A model generated the notes under the pieces. It saw only the letters and a list, made by a program, of their open reading frames with translations. It searched no databases and had not been told where the DNA came from. A stretch of DNA of 63,886 nt, filler included, from Choristocarpus tenellus KU-1152 (lineage: Eukaryota; Protista; Phaeophyceae): NCBI GenBank assembly GCA_964200185.2. It is 12 parts of 12 records of this genome, joined end to end, with 100 filler letters (N's around TTAATTAATTAA, not from the genome) between each part and the next. Parts side by side here need not be neighbours in the genome. Positions count along the whole stretch, not along the records: positions 49,576 to 55,606 come from CAXNAD020009120.1; positions 55,707 to 59,473 come from CAXNAD020018046.1; positions 59,574 to 63,886 come from CAXNAD020015162.1; 9 more parts are not named here. One strand, given 5' to 3'. A program made the position numbers and the translations under genes. Positions 52,501 to 63,886 of the stretch are shown piece by piece (the stretch's first letter is position 1; every line of letters begins with the position of its first letter).

Positions 52501-53565
52501 GCCCTGTCATAGTAGTACTCTTTGGTGTGTGTTGCATATGTCAGTTCTTATACGAACATTAGAACACTTTCTTGCTGTTGGGCTTTGAGGGAATCGAAGA
52601 TCCGTGGGCTTTGTTGTGAGCTCCAACATGTACCTCTCTTCCTGGACTACTTGCGCACCCTCTGCTGTTACCACCGTCTCTCATGAAACCCACCGCTTCA
52701 TGCCACGTTGCACCAATGTCCAGGGTCCCACGTTTTGCATTGTCAATATCTTTAGCACCAACATTTGATCGATTTATCAACTACCTCATGTCCAAGACGG
52801 GAAAGGGCAAGGCGGTAGCGACGGGGCTATGTGTTTTCCTTGTGAATGTGTGTGGTACATGCACCCTTATGGCCATAGGCATTGCTCTTGCTTCACTTCT
52901 CTCAGGTGAGTTTGTGATGGGGAGGTGAGGGTGGGTGGGTTTGGGGTAGACCCAACATTGAAGTGATTCATGTCATGAGATTCTCAGGAATTTGGACCGG
53001 TTGGTGGTCTAAATGATCAACTCTTTGAGTAGTGTTAAGACTACGCTAAGCTTGATGCTTTCAAGGTTGGTTCCAAGTCAAGTATATACGTATTGGGTGA
53101 GAGCAATGGACTGATGGGATCGTGATCACTGCTGCAGTACAAGTAGGGGTTGCTCAAGGTGTAGGCAAGGAGAAATATAGGGAGAGAGAGTGTGGTATTT
53201 GTGAAATGATCGGATGCTGTGGGATTAAGAGACTTTGAAGATCATGCTCGTCTCTGTTCCCTCATTGAGTCTCACTAGTTTGTCTTGTCCACACACCCCA
53301 TTCTCCCTGTGCTCGATGGAGCCCTTTCAAGAACCCTTGCCTGCCTTGGACCTTGAATTATATTTTTTTAGCGTTTTTCTTGTCCCAATACTCGAGGTCA
53401 GTGTCCTGGTGTCTGTACCCCCCCCACATCCTTTGTTGTGCATGATCTTTCCTGTTAGAGGGCTTTGTATTAGAGGATAGGGACCAGTTGCACACCAACT
53501 CCTTGTCACCTATTTCTTAATGCACAGGTGTACCATTCTGGCCTGTTGGGGTTGCTGTGCCTTGA
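49576..53565 (+). CDS. Conserved algal/plant-type multi-pass membrane protein, probably plastid-targeted; 5' end missing
   Basis: Exons <49629-49877, 50051-50136, 50904-51073, 51988-52069, 52724-52905 and 53528-53565 (TGA) are all phase-consistent. The protein includes ELGIYALLSYGFVSNA, GLSPLAPDQW, NNLLRVPRFALSISLAPTFDRFI and LASLLSGVP. Confidence 0.85.
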
Positions 53566-55373
53566 GACCCTTGCATCAGGGAGTGAAGACCATGTGCGTG
53601 TGACTGCATGTACTTTCAATGCCCGTTGACCAGTATGGACATGAAGGAACCAAAATGTCGACTTGGGGCCCCTTACTTGTACAACCATGCAAGTCTTTGA
53701 TCCATTGCAAAATTGGCAGTGACACACTTCTTTTTTTTTCCTTTCCTTGCAAAAAAAGAGTTCAGGCACTGCGTACTGTGAGCAAAACTTGAAAAGGATG
53801 GTGTACTTCATCGCCTGACTGTAAATGTTTGTGTGGTTGCTGACTTTGTCCTCTTCCATTCACGTTGACATGACTCCTTGTTACATGGTTAGTTGGTTAG
53901 GGCGTATTGATTGCACACTCGATCTCTTCTGTAGTTAGCCTTGCTGAGTTACCCTGGTCCAGATAGGTTGTGTGGTTTCTGCTGATCCCCTTGCGCAAAG
54001 CGGGCATAATGCGTAGACATTGCCTACCCTCCACTGACTAGAGCCCCTCGTATAGCTCATTTGCAGTTTCAGTTGTTAGTGCACTTGAGTTACTAGCCCA
54101 GAATATCACATTCAGGGAGAAGCAAGGGAGAGGGGAGGGGAGGGTGGGAAGCACTACCGTCGTAGATGGACTGATTTAGGGTGTTATTACAAGTAGCTTG
54201 TCTAGGGATACCCCCAATCCAACCTCACACATAGCCTGGGGGGCTCTGACCGATTTCGCAAGAACACATACACCAAACAATAGAAATTGTGGCAGTAGTG
54301 CTGCATGCATTACTCACCAGCTAGATTGAGTGTTGGAATCGCTAATTAATATTGCAAGCTTTTGCTCTATGGCTGGAAATCTCAGGTACATTTGCCACCT
54401 GCCCTCTCAGGGGAGGTAAGCTAGGGAGCTGCTTGAAGCACATAGAACATCAACTGACTCATTGCAATTGAGAACGACTGATTCATTGGGGGATGAGCCT
54501 TGAGGAGATTTGTCAGGAAAACGTGTAGAGTTTTTACAAGTGAAAATAAAGTGTTAAAAAAAAAGTCCTACTCTTTTGCAGGTCATAGCAAGGCTGTGGT
54601 TCATTGCTCCAATGTTTTTGGAACTTATTTTACATACTCAACAGGGAAAGATAAGATCCAGGGATACAATGCTGAACTGCTGATCATCTAATTGTCACGT
54701 AGTATTGCACAAAAGGGTTTTTTAACCCTTTCACCAAGAAAAAGATCGAACAAAGGATGATGGAACTATGATACAGAGAGCATACCTGTTTATCTGGTGC
54801 AGAAGGAACTATGTATAGCCCGCCTGAAGCTGAAGATGAGGTTCCTTGGATTTAAGAAGGAATGGGATGATTCATGGAGATTGTGACAGATACACCTCCT
54901 TCTTGGCGTCTGTTGTATCTCATGGTGTCCTTGTGACTCAGTGTTAGTGGAGACTGTTCCCAAGCAGAGTTTCATGGATTCAAACCCCATTGTCACCAGA
55001 CTTCCATTCAAGTAAAATCTGGTTCAATTTTCCGAAGTCCGCATGGCAAGCACTACATACTGTACACCTCTATCATGTCACTATTCCACAAAAACTCTGA
55101 AAAAGAAAAGGTGACAAGGCTTCATTGCTGAGTGAAGCCAGGGTGGGTCCAGCACAAGATATCGCTCAAGGGAGAAGAAGGTGAAGTTACGAGTGGTGGG
55201 ATGTCTGAACCCACCATGTGAGTAGCAAGGCGCAAACAGAGGGAGTAGAATTGTCCGTAAGTGCAGAAGTTACTCTAGTTCGTAATGTGAAAAGTTACAG
55301 TGTAGTGTGTAGCGCCCTTGACTACGGGCCAGGGTAGCCCCCAAGGGTAAAGTGAAGGAATTGAATAAGGAAT

Positions 55374-55553
55374 GAGTGAAAGTATCTCAGAGGGTACGAA
55401 TTTCCCCCTGGTTGTCCATTATTTAAGGCTTGGCTTCCCTCGGGGCGTTTTATGGCGTTTTCCTAATGCGAAATGTTTTGGAGTAGGTAAAATGTGTACG
55501 TTATGAAAAGGTGTGTCGGGAACAAGGATATTGACACTTCCAACAAACGCCAT
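55374..55553. mobile_element. MITE family 2, partial copy (reverse orientation)
   Basis: gagtgaaagtatctcagagggtacg...ggaacaaggatattgacacttcc. Confidence 0.85.
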
Positions 55554-55706
55554 AAACAGTGGATTCTCAAAATTGAGGATGGAGCGGGACTATGAGGATG
55601 GTTGTTNNNNNNNNNNNNNNNNNNNNNNNNNNNNNNNNNNNNNNNNNNNNTTAATTAATTAANNNNNNNNNNNNNNNNNNNNNNNNNNNNNNNNNNNNNN
55701 NNNNNN

Positions 55707-55779
55707 TCACCCAAAAATCGCGAAATGAAAAAACTGCCCCCAAATGGACAGTCGCCACCCCCCCCAGATACTTTGAGCC
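55707..55779. mobile_element. MITE family 1 end at contig start
   Basis: tcacccaaaaatc...ccaaatggacag...cccccagatactttgagcc. Confidence 0.85.
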
Positions 55780-56099
55780 AGTCACTTTGTCTGATTACCA
55801 CCCTTAACATTCATAGAAGTGCTAGAATGGATAGTTCTTTTCATCATTCATTTGTACTGTGAGTGGTGATGGTAGTGGTTCTCATTAAAAGTGAGTAGTT
55901 GTGGTTCTTTTTGTCACTATTCCACAGTAATTGTTACAATACAGAAGTCTCGGTAGGATCTCCATGTTACAACACGCTCCAGAACTCACCTCCACAGGAT
56001 ATGCAACTCTAATCCAACAACCTTAAGACGACACTACTAGGTTATTTCCAACGTTGATAGCCACGAATGGGTGTCAGCTACTTTTCTCTCGATGCTTCA

Positions 56100-56362
56100 G
56101 AGCAAAAGTATCTTAGAGGGTATAGATCAGCGTCCATTTGGGGGTCAAATTCCAATGTTGCGATTTTTATGTAATTTTGGCTATCGTGTTTGTTAGGAAG
56201 TGTCGATATCCTTGTTCCGGACACACCTTTTCATAGCGTACACATTTTACCTATTCCTATACATTTTGGAGTAGGAAAATGTCATAAAAAGAAAAACATG
56301 GGGAGCCAAGCCCCAAATGGACAAACAGGGCAAAACTCGTACCCTTCAAGATAATTTCACTC
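56100..56362. mobile_element. MITE family 2, full copy
   Basis: GAGCAAAAGTATCTTAGAGGGTA...TACCCTTCAAGATAATTTCACTC with flanks ttca/ttta. Confidence 0.92.
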
Positions 56363-57269
56363 TTTAATCAGCGCTTAGCTCAATGCTTGACTTAATGTTC
56401 ATTCGAGATAAAAAGAGACTGGGTAAGAGATACTTTGGTGACCATCAAAGTATTCTTTATTTTAATCACTCGCCCAGTTTCTACAGACTATGATAAAAAA
56501 ATATTTCCAAAGCGCTGTAATAATACTCCAATGATAAACCTCTATTCTATAACTTCTAGGAATTGATGTTTCTTATGTAAGGTTACGTATGCAATTTGAG
56601 TCTTACTCTGCATCTTCTAAGAAATCAGCATTTATTCTGTAGGGCTACCTATGTGCTACTAATCTCGTATACTGCTCGCGCTTGGTAGAACATGAGAAGA
56701 AATGTTCGCGCTATTCGCCTGTAACATGCCCCCCAGCGTGAACTAGTAATACATGTTTCACGCTTACCACAGGCGATTGTCACCAGTGAAGACAATAGAT
56801 ATCATCAATCACCTCAGATCATCCTGTGGCAAGGAATAAGAAAGAAGAAAAAATACCTAGCTCCTACTAGGTCCATAACATATATCCTTACTACTTGGAG
56901 TAATCTCTCTGCATCTAGGCCAATCTAAGTTTACATTTACTCTTCCTAAGTACAGCTTCCCTAAGGTGGCAAGTATCATCTGATTATTGCCTGTCTCACA
57001 CACCCCAAGCACAAAGCATACTGACTGCTGCTAGTGCGTAAAACAGGCAATAACATCAACGTCAGTGACAAAAAAAATTTAACAAGGGACAGAACAGAAA
57101 AAAAGGACCGAAGAAAGATAAAACAAAAAAAAAAGGACTTGAGGGGATCAGGTACCTGGTCTGACAGAAAGAGGAGAGAAAAAAAAGAAGCAAGGGATAG
57201 AGAAAAAAAAGAGGAAAAACAAATAAATAATAATTTAAAATAAAAATGAACAAAACACGGAATATATAA

Positions 57270-59473
57270 AATGTTTGTCTGTTGCTATACCGTTATTGCC
57301 GTATGACATATGCCTTTATACCGTAATAAATTAATACCGTTATACCTTTGTACAGATTGGGATTCCTTGTCAAGCATCCATGATTCCACTGGTAGACCTT
57401 CCGCCAGAATTGAAACCATGGAATCTCTTCACAAGACCAATCCCACAGACTTGGGGCAGCTTGTCATTCAGAGTTGTCACACATGAAAAATCCACTTGTT
57501 CTCACGTCTTGACTTGTGGTGATGAAGCCCCATCTTTGAAGATGCTCATGACTCCTCAATTTGCACTTGTCCAACCTTAACCTCGTACCCTTGGTTACGG
57601 TTCATCTTTGTTCGTCTGATTCGTCTTGCTCGGTGATTCTCTTCGCCACCCTTTCCTAAGTGAGCCACGTCGCCACAGAATCACATGATTCACATTGATG
57701 ACACCGGTGACCTCAGAAATAGGGTGACAGGGAATTTTTTTGTTTGACCACGGACGAAATATGCCAAATTCAAGATCAAGGCGAAATATGCACAGGAGCG
57801 CCTAACTCCACATCTAGAACCATCCAGAACACCAGAGGAAGAGGTACAATGTCACAAGTCTACAGAGGACATGGAGCCTTCAACCAATATCGACTCTGAC
57901 TTGTCTAGTGTCACGTCTAGCTCGTCTAGTAAGATAACACTTGCCGAACGTAGACGAGGTTCCCCTCCTTACCCCCCAACAGATTGTCAGACTCATGCCA
58001 GACCCGTGTCGTCGACCCTTGAGCATCGTGTTAGCTCGGGCGACTATGACACTCGTCGGGTCTTCTTTCAGGAAGAACCTGGCCCGCCTTCAAGTTCCAC
58101 TACTTTTGAGGTGGCCATTTTGCAGGCCAAGTTTGGTGATGCCGTACCAGCATTTATTGCGCACCACTTCAGTGAGTGCGCTCGAACAAACACTGTGCCT
58201 CCTGAATGGCTTCAGGACCTACTAAAGCTGCAAGTTCGTGGAACGGGCATCGATCACATAAGATCTGTTGAACAGAGTAGCGACGTCGCACACCCAGAAC
58301 CACAGTCAGAAAGGAGTTGTTTCAGGTTTTCTGCTTTGGAATCCCGTCTGGTCTGACAATTACAGGTTCTGGCGAAGAAGATTTTCCACTTTTGTTCTCT
58401 AAATTGCATGTGGCAATATCACTGCATTCTAGTCAGTACGGTCCTGCATCCCCTGAAACAGTTGATGCTCGTTGTGTAGAATTTTTACGGAAACTTCTTC
58501 AAGGACCTGCTGAAATATTCTACTTTCAGGCATTAGCTGGTACGATAGAATGGCGTTTAATAAGCGATTTGGCTCGATTGCAATTGTCCCTTGACACCCC
58601 TGTCCCCATATGAATCGTTTTTTAGAAGATGTTCATCGTACAAAATCGTCCTCAGATTCGGTCGACACAACAACGTTACTTGTCGAACAACTGAAAATAA
58701 CCCTGATGGAAGACGACTTACTCCCTATGATTCATCTTGAGCAGATTTGGGAACCTGCCACCACGTTTGCCCAGGCTCGTGACCGTGCCAAACGGCATGA
58801 AGCCAACAATCTGTCTGGTAATAATTCCACCCCAAGAACTGTGAGCCTAAGTATCTTAAATTGTAGAGCTGGGTCCATTTGGGGGCCAAAATCCAATGTT
58901 GCGATTTCGATGTAATTTTGGCTCTCGTGTTTGTTAGGAAGTGTCAATATCCTTGTTCCGGACACACCTTTTAATAAGGTATATATTTTACCTACTCAGA
59001 AATATTTTGGAGTAGGAAAATGTCATAAGAACCCCAAGGAAAGCCAAGCCCCAAATGGACAAACGGGGCAATAATCATACCCTCTAAGATACTTTAGCTC
59101 AGTGCTGTGACCCACAACCCTCTTCGTGGACAGGTTCCTTGAGCAGAATTTGTACAGTTACAACGAGAATGTCAACGGCTCCATACGGAGGTGGAACGTC
59201 ACAGAGCGGGGGAGGCAACCCTCAACAGGTCCCCAGCTCGGCCGTTGACAAGTCCACCTACCGCATCCAGTTCAACCGACAGAGTATCATGACCCCTGGA
59301 TGTTTCACATTACGCAGAGACCCCATCAACACTCCAGTACAACGTTGATCAACACCAAAGTAGTGTGTGCCAGTACCCGGATTATCAGACGGCAACTCGT
59401 GAGGGTCATACAACCCAGTCATTGTTGAAACCTGAATCGAATGCATCGTACATGTAGGTAAAATGCGTAGACT
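57270..59473 (+). mobile_element. Gypsy-like LTR retrotransposon 5' region: LTR/leader plus frameshifted gag pseudo-ORF
   Basis: The leader is homologous to 830-1312. Overlapping ORFs 57871-58356, 58317-58613 and 58610-58842 include GSGEEDFPLL, LLQGPAEIFY and EPATTFAQARDRAKRHE (gag-like). Interrupted by a MITE. Confidence 0.7.
58843..59100. mobile_element. MITE family 2, full copy inserted in the gag-like ORF
   Basis: GAGCCTAAGTATCTTA...CTAAGATACTTTAGCTC. No clean TSD. Confidence 0.92.
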
Positions 59474-59573
59474 NNNNNNNNNNNNNNNNNNNNNNNNNNN
59501 NNNNNNNNNNNNNNNNNTTAATTAATTAANNNNNNNNNNNNNNNNNNNNNNNNNNNNNNNNNNNNNNNNNNNN

Positions 59574-59712
59574 ATAGATACATAGATACATAGATACATA
59601 GATACATACATACATACATACATACATACATACCATACCTACATAGACAGTTACATACATACATACATACATACATATCATACCTACATAACTAAATACG
59701 TACGTACATATG
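59574..59712. repeat. (TAGATACA)n/(TACA)n microsatellite
   Basis: Directly visible at the contig start. Confidence 0.92.
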
Positions 59713-60120
59713 TACAACACGAAATTAGTGAGTAGGTGCAACAGTCAGTCTCAGAAGGTCATTTTCTTGGCACTCTCAAACACTATGATTTTAGTGTCAG
59801 TGATCTATAACTCTTGCTAAAAAATCTCAAGAGCATGTTCTTAGAGCTGTTAGTGACAACGGCGAGAATGAGTACTGGGAAAAAGTTGCCTAAACAATGG
59901 AGAGTTGAAGTTGTATTGTAGACATAAGTGCCAATGTGTCGTAGCATGTCTTGTTCGCCTATCACACTGTATCAACTACCGTAAGGAAGGTCTCTTCGTT
60001 TGACCCATTCTATGGTTGTGCTTGGCGGATTACTGGGATTGACGTGTCCAATGGGGCGCACTCCTCCCGAGGAACCCAATGGTGACTACCCCTCACCCAT
60101 ATTTTCCCTGTAGGGGATAT

Positions 60121-61745
60121 GAGTGAAACTACATTAGAGGGTACGAGTTTTGCCCTGTTTGTCCGTTTGAGCTTGACTCCCCACGGGTTTTTTATGACAT
60201 TTTCCTACTCCGAAATGTTTTGGAGTACGTAAAATGTGTAAGTTATGAAAAGATGTTTCCGGAACAACGATATCCTCCCCACCCTCCTAGCAAGGCAGCA
60301 AGGGTCTCATGTCGAGTCCTTCTCACAAGTTGTTTGCACGAGCCCCACAATACAGGCTTTTTTAGGATCATCCATTCTCACTCTCCTTTCCACAGGTATT
60401 CCCTCAGGAGATCTAGTAGAAATCATTAGCCAAGACTGGGTAACCTGGGGGAAACAACATTTCCTGCACCTGCCCCAGAGGTTCACATCTTGACAGCTCA
60501 TGACGCCAGGATCACAAGGACTCAACATGAGATCATACGCCTCCTGAACAGGATCCGTTTCGACTTCTTCCGGACATAACTAGCCGGCCTACCAAATGAA
60601 GTACACCAGGGGAAGGAAAGCTACTCATTGGCCCAAGCATGCCACCCGACCCAGTGTGGACAAGGGGCAAACGCATGGGCCTCAACGCGACCCCTAGAGC
60701 CAGCATGCCAGATCCCCCCGCTAGAATTCAAGCTTACAGCCAGCAGATCCCTAGGGAGGGAGGAGGCCCTCTCAAACAGGTGCCCAGTGGCGGGGTGCAG
60801 GAGGCGAAATGTTGACACCAGACATGCCTCCTTACCTGCCCCAGGACAGGAGGACAGGTTGGAAAGCACACACCCATGGTAAAACGCCTAAGCCAACTAT
60901 GCAAGGGAATGGGCAGCCCTTGCACTACGGAGGACGGCAGCCCCTTCACGGTAAACAGGAATCTCCATATGGATATAGTTTTCCATGCAGGTGCACTGGC
61001 GGACGCTACAACAGCTCCTTACCGGGACAAAGGCCTTCTGCTAGATGTTACATTTGCCTAAGTGCCGGCAACTTCCCATCTTACACACTCATTCACCAGC
61101 AATGGTGTGGTGTAGCTGCTGCGCAGCCGAGGCACAAAGCGCATCCACTACGAGGGCTCTTTGGATCCTCATAGTTATAACCTCAACACCTTACGGTGGA
61201 AAGTTTTGGGCGCCTCGGCAACAAGCGGAATGCTTCCTGGATGAGCTGGCTACACACATGGTCGGGGGGAGAGGAACTGGAGTATATAGCAGGAAAGGGA
61301 CTGACTACACCAAATTGTCCTAATAACTATGCAAGTGGCACTGTCTACACGTGTCATGCGTCTTAAGCTGGAGTCATCAGGGAGATGGGTAGAGGGGTTT
61401 GTTGGATTCTTGGGATGCCTCCCTAGCTTCTCACCTTGGGGTACAGGAATAGGTAAATTGGGGTACAGGAAGGTAGTGGTACAACACAGATAGTGAATAA
61501 AAAAATAGATTAGTGTTTTTCCCATTTGTGATATATTTAATTTCTTTAGGGCTTATACTGACATGTGAATATTTTTAATTGGTTTTCCCCCTGACACATC
61601 TGCAAAAAATTCGGAGGGCATAATAATATATATATATATATATTGACACTTCCTAAGAAACACGATAACCAAATTACACCAAAATCGCAACATTGGATTT
61701 TGACCCCAAATAGATACGACTCTCCCCTCTAAGATACTTTGACTA
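60121..61745. mobile_element. MITE family 2 (reverse orientation) split into 60121-60273 and 61644-61745 by a non-LTR insertion
   Basis: The left part ends ggaacaacgatat and the right part resumes tgacacttcctaa. Together they rebuild the consensus ggaacaaggatattgacacttcctaa. Confidence 0.9.
60274..61643 (+). mobile_element. CRE-like non-LTR retrotransposon, 5'-truncated: Zn knuckle, restriction-like endonuclease, 3' UTR and (TA)n tail
   Basis: Frameshifted ORF pieces QCGQGANAW, CPVAGC...DTRHA (CCHC-like) and HMDIVF...LLLDVTF (PD-(D/E)xK-type RLE), followed by DNA matching the ESFGRLG region and FLDELATH. The tail is taataatatatata. Confidence 0.85.
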
Positions 61746-63801
61746 TATCATTTTACGAGGTATACACTTTGTCAAAGTTGGTAGTGTATTTCCATACGAG
61801 TGTATTAAATCATCACTATTGTTCTGAATGGTGTGTTTACTAATTGTACTACTATTAGAAATGTTATTCTGCAACCCTGAATACTTGTATTAAAATACTA
61901 ATAAAGGCTACTTAATTCAGCTCTTATCAACTCAAAATGGCAATAGCTCCCTCCTCATCACACAATCACATTTGGTACATTTTGTCCAACTTTGGATATG
62001 CTATAATATTGCAGGCGGCAGGCGCACGATTTCCCCTCAGGTACATGCACCATTCTCTCACAGAATTACTCCACATGGTACATGCAGATTGGATGTGTTT
62101 TTGCTCCTCCTGATCATGATCATGACAACCATGGTCAACCTCATCACCCTTCCACACACCAATGTTCCGGTGTATCTTAGCCGCCAGCTCCAGTGTTTCC
62201 ACCTCTGGGTACTCACCCGCAGTTTTGCCCCTCTGCTTCATATTCTCGATTTTGGTGGTGATCGTAGCTCCATGCTTTGTGCGTGCCACACTTCACCTCA
62301 AAACCCAGCAAGTTCGTCATCCTAATGAAGGGGTATTGGGGAAGTCGAAATGTTTCCTGGCCCTCAATGCACCCACCCATGGTTTCGATAGCACTGTCGG
62401 CACTGTCCGCAATCCAATACACTATTTCAGCATCAGCCAAGTTGCAATCGGAGAGTTTGCACCTGCTGGGGTGTGCTGTGAGGTGTCTAAATACAAGAAG
62501 GTATTGGGCACACGTCGAGATCAGCAATGGAAGAGGTGTGATGACTGGATTATTTTTATACAAGCTGTTGTGCAGTGCCGAAGGCTTAAGCAGAGACCAC
62601 AAAGAAAGGGTACGATATAGGCCTGAAGACACATGCGTGTTATCATTATTCTTAATTTCTTTTACTACAACAACATACCGTGTTCATATTGCCATAAGAC
62701 CTTGTAGAGGAAGAGGGAGTTGAAATATTGCACAAACTTCATGCCAATAGTTGGAATTTCTGGTAGACGAAGTACACCTGCCTTCTCTCCGATATCCTCA
62801 AAATGCCAGGCAAGTGATACACACACCCACAACCCCGTGACAGATCGTGCTTTGTTTGACCGGGTTCCTCCTCAAGAAGAGATAATCCCAGAAGAAACAG
62901 AAAATACAGAATTTGTTCCACCTCACAGAGTGTCACAAATGTCAATTTTTGAAAATCCCACTCGATGTGGTCTTCAATGGGTCACTCTGGGTTTGAAAGT
63001 TTATCCGTTGCAGCTGAAAGTACCCTATAATTGTCAATATGAAAGTGGCCTAGGAACAAGGGAAAAAGCCCAGTTGTTGTTTAGGCCCCTCCTTATCCAC
63101 CTGCCTGGTGTCTCCAGGCAACACATGCGGTGTGTCTTGCAATTGACAGCTGTGCAGTTACGGACACAACCTTTGACGAGAAGACCTGTATCGAGGTTGT
63201 TTTGGTTGGGAATATGATACAACGACAAAGCACAAATACTGTCACAGGCGATGTGCCTTATTAGCGGTTTCATTAACGCCATTATGACCTTGACTTCCTA
63301 GATGTTATATATTGTAGTTCTAGAGTACTGAACACATATTTAGTCACTAAGAAACCATACGTAACTCGTCCGCGTTTATTCACTCCTTTTCTGTATACCC
63401 CTCGACCGAAGCAATGAAGCGTCCAATCAAAGTGAGAGATGCAGCATATTCGATAACATTTCCTTTACGGCGCCCTCTACGAGCCTCATCATCTGCCTAT
63501 TGGCTTGCGGATTGGACCTATACTTCCCATCATTTTAAGGCTTGTGTAGCTTTTTGTAACAATGCTATATGTGTATTAATGATCGAACTAAACACTCCAA
63601 AGTACTACATATATTATTAATGATGCACTTTTATATGGACCTCTCGTCTGTCGTACGTCATACATGTTAATGTAACTCACACGGATACATAAGTTCACTC
63701 CCCTGCAATTTATGCTTGGTCATTATCTTGTTTGACCTCCACTCACTGAGAAGATCCAACCTCAATCCCATCATTATTGAGTGACAAGTCGTTTCCATGC
63801 T

Positions 63802-63815
63802 GGGTCAAAGTATCT

Positions 63816-63850
<35 letters not shown>
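63802..63850. mobile_element. MITE family 1 terminus running into poly-G at window end
   Basis: gggtcaaagtatctggggg(G)n. Confidence 0.8.
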
Positions 63851-63852
<2 letters not shown>

Positions 63853-63886
63853 TGTGGTGAGAGGCGGTTTTTTTTTTTTTTTTTTG

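Noticed and set aside
42939-53565. Apparent cluster of plastid/carbon genes (USP, SLC4, membrane protein)
   Set aside because: The three genes are on three separate contigs joined by spacers, so adjacency is meaningless.
57034-57253. Lys/Arg-rich and Phe/Leu-rich ORFs
   Set aside because: A-rich low-complexity tract.
61966-63282. Several overlapping 107-165-aa ORFs on both strands
   Set aside because: No domain, splice pattern or repeat match recognised. It may be a decayed element but cannot be supported.

Overview
This window is not a continuous locus. It is 12 short contigs joined by an artificial 100-nt spacer (44 N + TTAATTAATTAA + 44 N), so neighbourhood across spacers carries no information. 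The DNA is eukaryotic, intron-rich and transposon-rich. By inference it comes from a brown alga or close photosynthetic stramenopile (bipartite plastid-targeting-like leader, TTAGGG tracts, a non-LTR element resembling ones I recall from Ectocarpus). Hand-spliced genes, mostly truncated by contig ends: AP-2 complex sigma subunit (two consecutive GC-AG introns), an N-terminally membrane-anchored multicopper oxidase, a UDP-sugar pyrophosphorylase with a signal+transit-like leader, an SLC4 bicarbonate/anion transporter, a conserved algal/plant-type membrane protein, and two weak hypothetical genes. There is one intact tRNA-Ser(UGA). The rest is mostly mobile DNA: two related Sola2-like MITE families sharing an AAAGTATCT terminal core, a CRE-like restriction-endonuclease non-LTR retrotransposon nested both ways with those MITEs, decayed Gypsy, Copia and possible hAT remnants, and mini/microsatellites. 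I found no convincing intact novel multi-gene system. The most unusual signals are the MITE/LINE nesting, the putative plastid USP, the twin GC donors and a 30-bp CCAAT minisatellite. All family assignments are from motif recognition, not database searches.
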